A DNA stretch of 64,000 nucleotides from the human T2T-CHM13v2.0 reference genome, Homo sapiens. The number at the start of each line of letters is the position of its first letter. Within the stretch, counting starts at the first letter, position 1. A program made the translations under genes and the position numbers. Location of the stretch: NCBI RefSeq assembly GCF_009914755.1, contig NC_060925.1; one strand, given 5' to 3'. Shown here piece by piece: positions 57,431 to 64,000 of this stretch. The notes below the pieces were generated by a model, which saw only the letters and a list, made by a program, of their open reading frames with translations, was not told the DNA's origin and made no database searches.

Positions 57431-59624
57431 TCAGGTAATTGGATCCATTTGTAATGTTTTGCCTATGTCCCAACATTTCCATTGTGCCTGTCACCCATAA
57501 TCCTCTGGGCCGATGGAATGTACTAATGACACAATAAAAACTCAGTTGGCAAAGCTAACAGAAGTTTTTAACCTTTCTTGGCCAAGGATCTCCCACTGGT
57601 TCTGGAAAATGTCCACACTCCCTCTCTTTGAAATAATAACGGAAGACCCATGCAGTGGTTAGATGAAGGCGCTTATGAATCTGCACTTCTTAAAGGTGAC
57701 TTTCTCCATTACTGCTAAGATCTCTCAAAACTTACTAAGAACTCCACATTAATAAAGGATTCCTTTCATAATGCACTCCTGGGAGATGAAAATACTAAAA
57801 ATCACGGCCTATAACCTGGAGATGTTGTTTACTAGAAACAACACCAAATAAAATATTCCCCCCAAGACTGTTGGAAGGGACCACATCAGGTATTATTATT
57901 ATTTTATACATTTTTTTGAGATGGGATCCCATTCTATTCCCCAAGCCAGAATGCAGTGGCACAATCATGACTCAATGTAGCCTTGAACTCCTGGGTTCAA
58001 GCCATCCTTCTGCTTCAACCTTCCAAATAGTTGGGACCACAGGCATGGGCCACTGCACCTGACTCACAACAGGTATTACTGACCAATCTGTGCCATTAAA
58101 CTTACGTGCGTTGACACACGGATTCATGTTTCTCTTGTAAAAGGCAACCCTGCCAGAGTGAACATCTGTCAGGAGATTTTCACTTAAAGGTAACTCAATC
58201 TTCCTGACAGAGATGGCAAGTAGCTGACATCTGTGGTAGTCCGCTTTCACCCAAGATACTGGCCTGTATAATCAGTTACAATTCCAGTGCTCACTGCACC
58301 TGAAAGAGTTAGTCTCTTTTTTGTTGACTGGAATACACACACCATTAGGGCTCCTTTAAGTTGTAGGGGTTGTCTCTTGGTGGTTTTGGTAAAATCACCC
58401 TATATGCATATTCTCTTAAGATATGCCACACTAGTCCTATTGTGTGTATGTGTATATACATATACATACATACATAGCAAAATACTTATGATCAGATTTC
58501 TGTTTTACTGTCCCTAACTAATTTGATTACAGCAGGGAGGGATAATTCTCTGATCAGAATCTCACAAACCATTACCTCTGTGGGAAATTTGACAAGGTTC
58601 CAGGTTTGCCACTCAGAACCACAAACCACTTTTGACCGTAATGACCCATTGGTACATCCTGTGCTAAATTTCACCTGTATTCCTCCTGATTGCACTCACG
58701 ATGCAACTCAGGGTCATATCAAGCAAAACCTGTTTATCTAATCTGTCTGAGTCACCCTAACCTTCCTGGCACACGTCTCAGTTTAACCATCATAATCGTA
58801 TTGTCAAAATAACTGCCTGTAATCCCAGCACTTTGGGAGGCCAAGGCAGGAGGGTTACTTGAGCCCAGGAGTTTGAGACTAGCCTGGGCAAAATGGTGAA
58901 ACACTGACTTTGTAAAATATATACAAATTAGCTGGGTGTGGTGGTGTCCACCTGTAGTCCAGCTACTCAGGAGCATGAGGTAAGAGGATGACTTGAGCTC
59001 AGGAGTTCGAGCCTGCAGTGAACCCTGATGATGTCACTGCACTCCAGCCTGGATAACAGAGTGAGACCCTGTCTCAAAAAATAAATAAGCTGGGTGTGGT
59101 GATGTGTGCCTGTAGTCCCAGCTGCTTGGGAGGCTGAGCCATTGAGCCTTGGAGGTCTAGAGGTCAAGGCTGCACTGAGCTGTGACCTTGCCACTGCACT
59201 CCAGCCTGGGAGACAGAGTCCTTGACTTAAAAAGTAATTATAATAAAAATAAAAAGTACAAAACCAACCAAACAACAAAATTGTCACTTCACTCTGAAAT
59301 AACAGTGGTAAACACCATGATGCTACTGGAAAGTTAAAAGAAAAACACTCGGACAGTCGCGGTGGCTCAAGCCTGTAATCCCAGCACTTTGGGAGGCAGA
59401 GGCGGGCAGATCACAAGGTCAGGAGATCGCGACCACCCTGGCTAACACGGTGAAACCCCGTCTCTACTAAAAATACAAAAAATTAGCCGGGCATGGTGGC
59501 AGGCGCCTGTAGTCCCAGCTACTAGGGAATCTCAGTGTGGCGTCAACCTGGGAGGCGGAGCTTGCAGTGAGCCGAGATTGTGCCACTGCACTCCAGCATG
59601 GGCGACAGAGTGAGATTCCGTCTC

Positions 59625-59626
<2 letters not shown>

Positions 59627-59657
<31 letters not shown>
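59627..59657 (+). repeat. (AC)n microsatellite at an Alu tail
   Basis: About 15 AC units. Confidence 0.9.
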
Positions 59658-59660
<3 letters not shown>

Positions 59661-61056
59661 CCTGCTATCAGGATCCAGCCTGCCCTCTTGCTCTAAATTT
59701 CTGACCCACGATTTTAATGCCCAAAAGCTGATGTACTCAAATTATAGTGCACTTACCTGTTCTGCACCCGCGTTTATTTTTGTCTCTTGAAAAGATCACC
59801 ATCCATGGCCCTATAAATGTCTTAGGAAATGGAATGATGAAGTGCAATGTCATTATTGTTATGTATTTCTCATCGTTTTACTTCTGAGAAAACTAATTTC
59901 ATGGTATTCTGAAGACTAGAGATGATTCAACAAGTGACAGAAGCTGCAGACTTAACTGAGGCCTCTCTGTCTCTCTTTTTTTTTTTTTTTTTTTTTTGAG
60001 ACCGAGTCTCACTCTGTCACCTGGGCTGGAGTGCAGTGGTGTGATCTTAGCTCAGTGCAGCCTTGAACTCCCAGGCTCAAGCAATCCTCCTACATCAGCC
60101 TCCTGAGTAGCTGGGACTAAGGTGTGTGCCACTACACCTGGCTATTTTTTGTGTTTTTTGTAGAGATGGGGTTTTGCCATGTTGCCTAGGCTGGTCTCGA
60201 ACTCCTGGACTCAAGCAATCCACCCATCTTGGCCTCCTGAAGTGCTGGGATTACAGATGTGAGCCACCGTGCCTGGTTGTAATGCCCTTTCAATTGGACT
60301 TTTGGGCATTCTTAAAAATTCCTCAGTGAGGTGGCTTCTTTCCTCCCCTGTCCCCTGCCTGGGACAGGACTATCCAGGAATAAGCCTTTCTGGCAAAGAG
60401 GGACACCTTGAATGAGCTTTTGATCATCAATGCTTTCAAGAAGAAAGTTTTTTAAAAATGTTTTATCTGAGGAATGTGAGCCCTCTCAGATGATCAGGCC
60501 CAGAGAGAGGTTAAATCGAGACAGCAACCACTTTCTGCTCCTTCCTTTTGAGCTGCACTGAGCTATGTATTCATCTGTTGAAACTGCTTGCTATTGCCTC
60601 AAGTAGCTGTAAATTAACCTAATAATGCCACACCAATCCCTGTACCCCCATACCCTATAACTTAACAACATATAGCCAATCACCAATCAATGTTATTTCT
60701 GTAAACCAATGAGAACTCCTGACAGGCACCTTTCTGTCAGCCCACTGTCTGTCCCTGCTTTTGACCTTTAAATACCTGCTTGTGACAAAGATCAAAGGGA
60801 GCTCAGATCCAAGGTTCCTTGAGTGTGAGTCTTCCAGGCAGCTCTCTTCATGTTGGCTCAGGTAAACTCTAAATTATATTTTGTGCTTCAGCCTCTTTCT
60901 TTTAGGTCAACATGCTCAACAATAGCAGAAGAAATAAATAAGTTAGTGTATATTCCTACAAAGGAATACACATAGAAACAAATAACCATATGAATAACAT
61001 GAAAAATTCATAGACATAAGACTGAGTGAAAGAAGTCAAACCTATGCCTCTGCTTC

Positions 61057-61699
61057 TGAAACCGCCTTTGCAAAAGTTACAACTGGGACAATTATCACAG
61101 TGAAAGAGATCTGACCTAACTGATTCCATCTTGTTTCTAACGTCCAAGCTGTCCTTGTTGATTGCTGGGCACAGGCCGAAATAACTTTGGGAGGAAATTA
61201 GTTTATGGTTTAGCTGTGAAACAAAGATGATAATATCATTTTCCCAAAGCAAACCCCCTTCCTGCCTGGGGACTAGACTGCCTTTGCAGGACTAACAAAG
61301 TAGCCCTGAGATTAGAAATTATGGTTTAGGAGTCATGTAGCCTCTGGCTGCAAGATTCTAAACCTCCCCAAATTGTTCCTGGAGATCACATCGTTATTGG
61401 AAAACCTAAGATCAGTGCTTGAGATATTTTGCCGACCCTGCACTCAGTGGATCAGCTGGCACCAGCTAGACTGATAACCTGGCTCATCTGGTCTTGTGGC
61501 CCCCACGCAGGAACTGACCCAGCAGAAGACCACAGCTTCAGCTCCCTGTGACTTCATCTCCGACCTGACCAATCACAACTCTCAACTCACTGGCCCCCAA
61601 CCACCAAATAAAAAGTGCAGGTCTTTATTGCAATTCCCCTGTGTCGAAAAATTGGCTCTGTCTAGGCAGCAGGCAAGGTGAACATGTTGGGCAGTAACA
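61057..61699 (+). mobile_element. LTR8-family solo LTR
   Basis: tgaaaccgcctttgcaaaa...gcaaggtgaacatgttgggcagtaaca. Confidence 0.85.
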
Positions 61700-62552
61700 C
61701 TCCCCACAAAACCCACTACACACTGTATGACTCAGCTTATATGAAAGTGAAGGGCAGGAAAAACTTGCCTGATAGATTTGCAGAGAGGGGGGTGGAAACC
61801 ATTAATAAGTCTGTGGAGTATTGTCAGAGTTTGGTGTTGTAGTCTACATATTAAAAGTAATCAGTTAAACACCTGAAATAAAATTTCCCCCAAATATTTT
61901 TGCCAAATTTGGATGACTTTGTTTCTGTCTTTGCAGCATATAAACTGTTAACATGAGGTAAGCGCCAAGGTCTAGAGAAGGCAGTGGAAGAGATGGCAAA
62001 CTCCGGCACCATGTCTGCGTGTCCAGTGTGCTCTGCTGGAGCAGCACATTTTTGTACATTGCTGTATTTGAAAAAACCCTGCAAGAATCATGAAACTGGA
62101 CGACCATCTTTATAACACTCCCAGTGATAAAACAAGTAAGAATGGCTGGTTTGTAGTCATCTGAGCAGCCTCTCTAGTTTCGTAGATATGGTTTCTCTCT
62201 GATATCGAACGACTTCCAATGTCAAGCGGAATGCTACATCACAAGGATAACCGTATGTGAAAAGAACCAGTTTTCTTTGTAATCCTGAACTTTCTAGTTT
62301 GCGCATTAAAAGACATTATTTGAAGAAGAGCGCACAGGCTCCAGCTGGCCGCCAAAGGGGTCCTTGGCATCACAGACTAAGAACCTACTTCTCTGGGAGA
62401 GACCAGGGGCGTGGATGGGAGGGAAAAGAGGGAGAGGCAGGCGTCACTTCCTCCGCCGGCTCCCGCAGCGGGTTCATCGGCTGAGGTGGCAGAGGGTGGG
62501 GCAGAAGAGCAGAGCCGGACCGGGAAAGGTGCTGTCGGTGACATCACGGATA

Positions 62553-62750
62553 GGGCGATTCCTGTGTAGATGAGGCATCTCAGGGGCTGCTGCTTCGCCA
62601 CGGAGGATTTCTCCTGCTGTGGGAGCAAGTCCAGGACCGCCGGTTGGACGTGATAGTCCCAGCTGTGTGTCAGGGCTAGGAGGGCTGGGGGTGGGGGTGG
62701 GGGGCGGTGGGGGGTTGCGCGTGGGAAGTGACCGTGCGTGTAAGGGGTGA
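62553..62750 (+). promoter_or_regulatory. U1 promoter: DSE with variant octamer GTGTAGAT (62564-62571) and PSE (62726-62749)
   Basis: gggcgattcctgtgtagatgaggc; aagtgaccgtgcgtgtaaggggtg, with GACC at -60. Confidence 0.9.
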
Positions 62751-62789
62751 GGCGTATGGAGCTGTGGCAGGGCGGAGGCGTATGATCTC

Positions 62790-62953
62790 ATACTTACCTG
62801 GCAGGGGAGATACGATGATCACGAAGGTGGTTTTCCCAGGGAGAGGCTTATCCATTGCACTCCGGATGTGCTGACCCCTGCCGTTTCCCCAAATGTGGGA
62901 AACTCGACTGCATAATTTGTGGTAGTGGGGGACTGCGTTCGCGCTGTCCTCTG
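62790..62953 (+). ncRNA. RNVU1: Variant U1 snRNA gene (164 nt; C25G, C53A, G93C, A94G, T157G, C161T)
   Basis: 158/164 identical to canonical U1; 5' arm, 70K loop, U1A loop and Sm site intact. Confidence 0.97.
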
Positions 62954-64000
62954 AATTTTGTGCTGGAAAACGCAGATTGTATGTGAAGGGATACTTTTAG
63001 TAGTGCATAATATGGGTGGTGTCATGTTATTTTTACAGTTGGATGGCTGGGGAACAGAAGTGGCATGTCGTTGTCCTCGCTGGAGAAGGAACAAGCGTCA
63101 GCCGTTGTGAGCCTGTTTATCACAAGTTAACTAGCGCGAAGGCTGCATAGCTTTTCCCTTTGAACATAAGGCTGCTTATTGCAAAAATTGATCCATGGTC
63201 TCCAGTCTCTTGGGGTCTCACGCTCTGTGAAAATCTTCGTGTTTTCCCCTAGGCCCCTGTCACCTTTTACACAGCCTCTGTTTCAGGATTTCTGTGCTAG
63301 CGAGGAATCAGTTCTCACCTCATAGAGCCAGGTGGAAACTACGCAGACAGGCACTCTTCTTTGGGATGAAAGCAGGGCCTTTGGGGCTCTTAGTGTCCCC
63401 GTTCGGTTGTAGACATAACACGCTTGCTTTGTGTAGGAGAACGGCTCTGCCAGCGCCCAGGTGTCCTAACGCAATTCATCGAGGCCCGCAGGTCAGAACC
63501 GCAGTCTCACTTGTCTTGGCGGAAATGCGCTGCGATCCTCCCTGCACTACATGAACACGAGAATTCCACTACAGAAGAAAACCCCAGTCCTAGTGATGGC
63601 GGTTCTGGGCATTTTGCCAGCCTCTCCCAGGGTGTGTTTTCTGACCCCACCCACTTCTGATCTGTAATGTCCTGGTCAATAGAAACTACCTGGCCCAAAC
63701 GGAAAAGGCAAGGAGGAACACAGCGGGAAAGCCTATGGCGTTCCCTGGTGGCTACCCCGGGGACTGCACTCATAGATCCGCGTGTTCCGAGAAGCCTCTG
63801 CCATCCCGACTAGGGTGCGGTGCAGAAACCCGCGGCTCCAAAGAAAACCGGCTAGAACGCACAGGAAGCCCAGCCAGTGTTCAGGACACTGCGAGTGGAA
63901 GCCATACGTCCTACGGACTGATCTAGTTTGATGAAGACGAGCCATTTACTTCTAACCCCAGCAGCGGACATTGCCTTGCTCAAATATAAAATATATGAAC

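Noticed and set aside
63742-63751. TCCCTGGTGG, like the tRNA-Glu 5' end
   Set aside because: No D arm, anticodon arm or B box follows

Overview
Primate (human or great-ape-like) genomic DNA. It has the make-up of the 1q21-type NBPF / variant-U1 / tRNA-Asn segmental-duplication clusters; the exact locus and paralog numbers cannot be fixed from sequence alone. Left end: four spliced minus-strand exons (9916-10093, 7561-7663, 4721-4956, 650-701) form an uninterrupted NBPF reading frame with a PDE4DIP-like third exon, running off the left edge. Centre and right: four U1 snRNA-derived loci, each with recognisable DSE/PSE promoter elements. These are 22447-22614 (-, 6-nt duplication in the 5' arm), 36675-36836 (+, altered 5' arm and 11 bp missing between PSE and +1), 39364-40051 (+, split by an LTR at the Sm site) and 62790-62953 (+, near-canonical). 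There is also a fifth, promoter-only arm in an inverted repeat. Two full-length tRNA-Asn(GTT)-like genes with damaged B boxes and one tRNA half are present. The rest is very dense in Alus, ERV LTRs, a decayed ERV1 provirus (~51.5-60.9 kb), L1 remnants and a BC200 retrocopy. Most ORF-track entries are repeat artefacts. Repeat subfamily names are from recognition, not from a database search.
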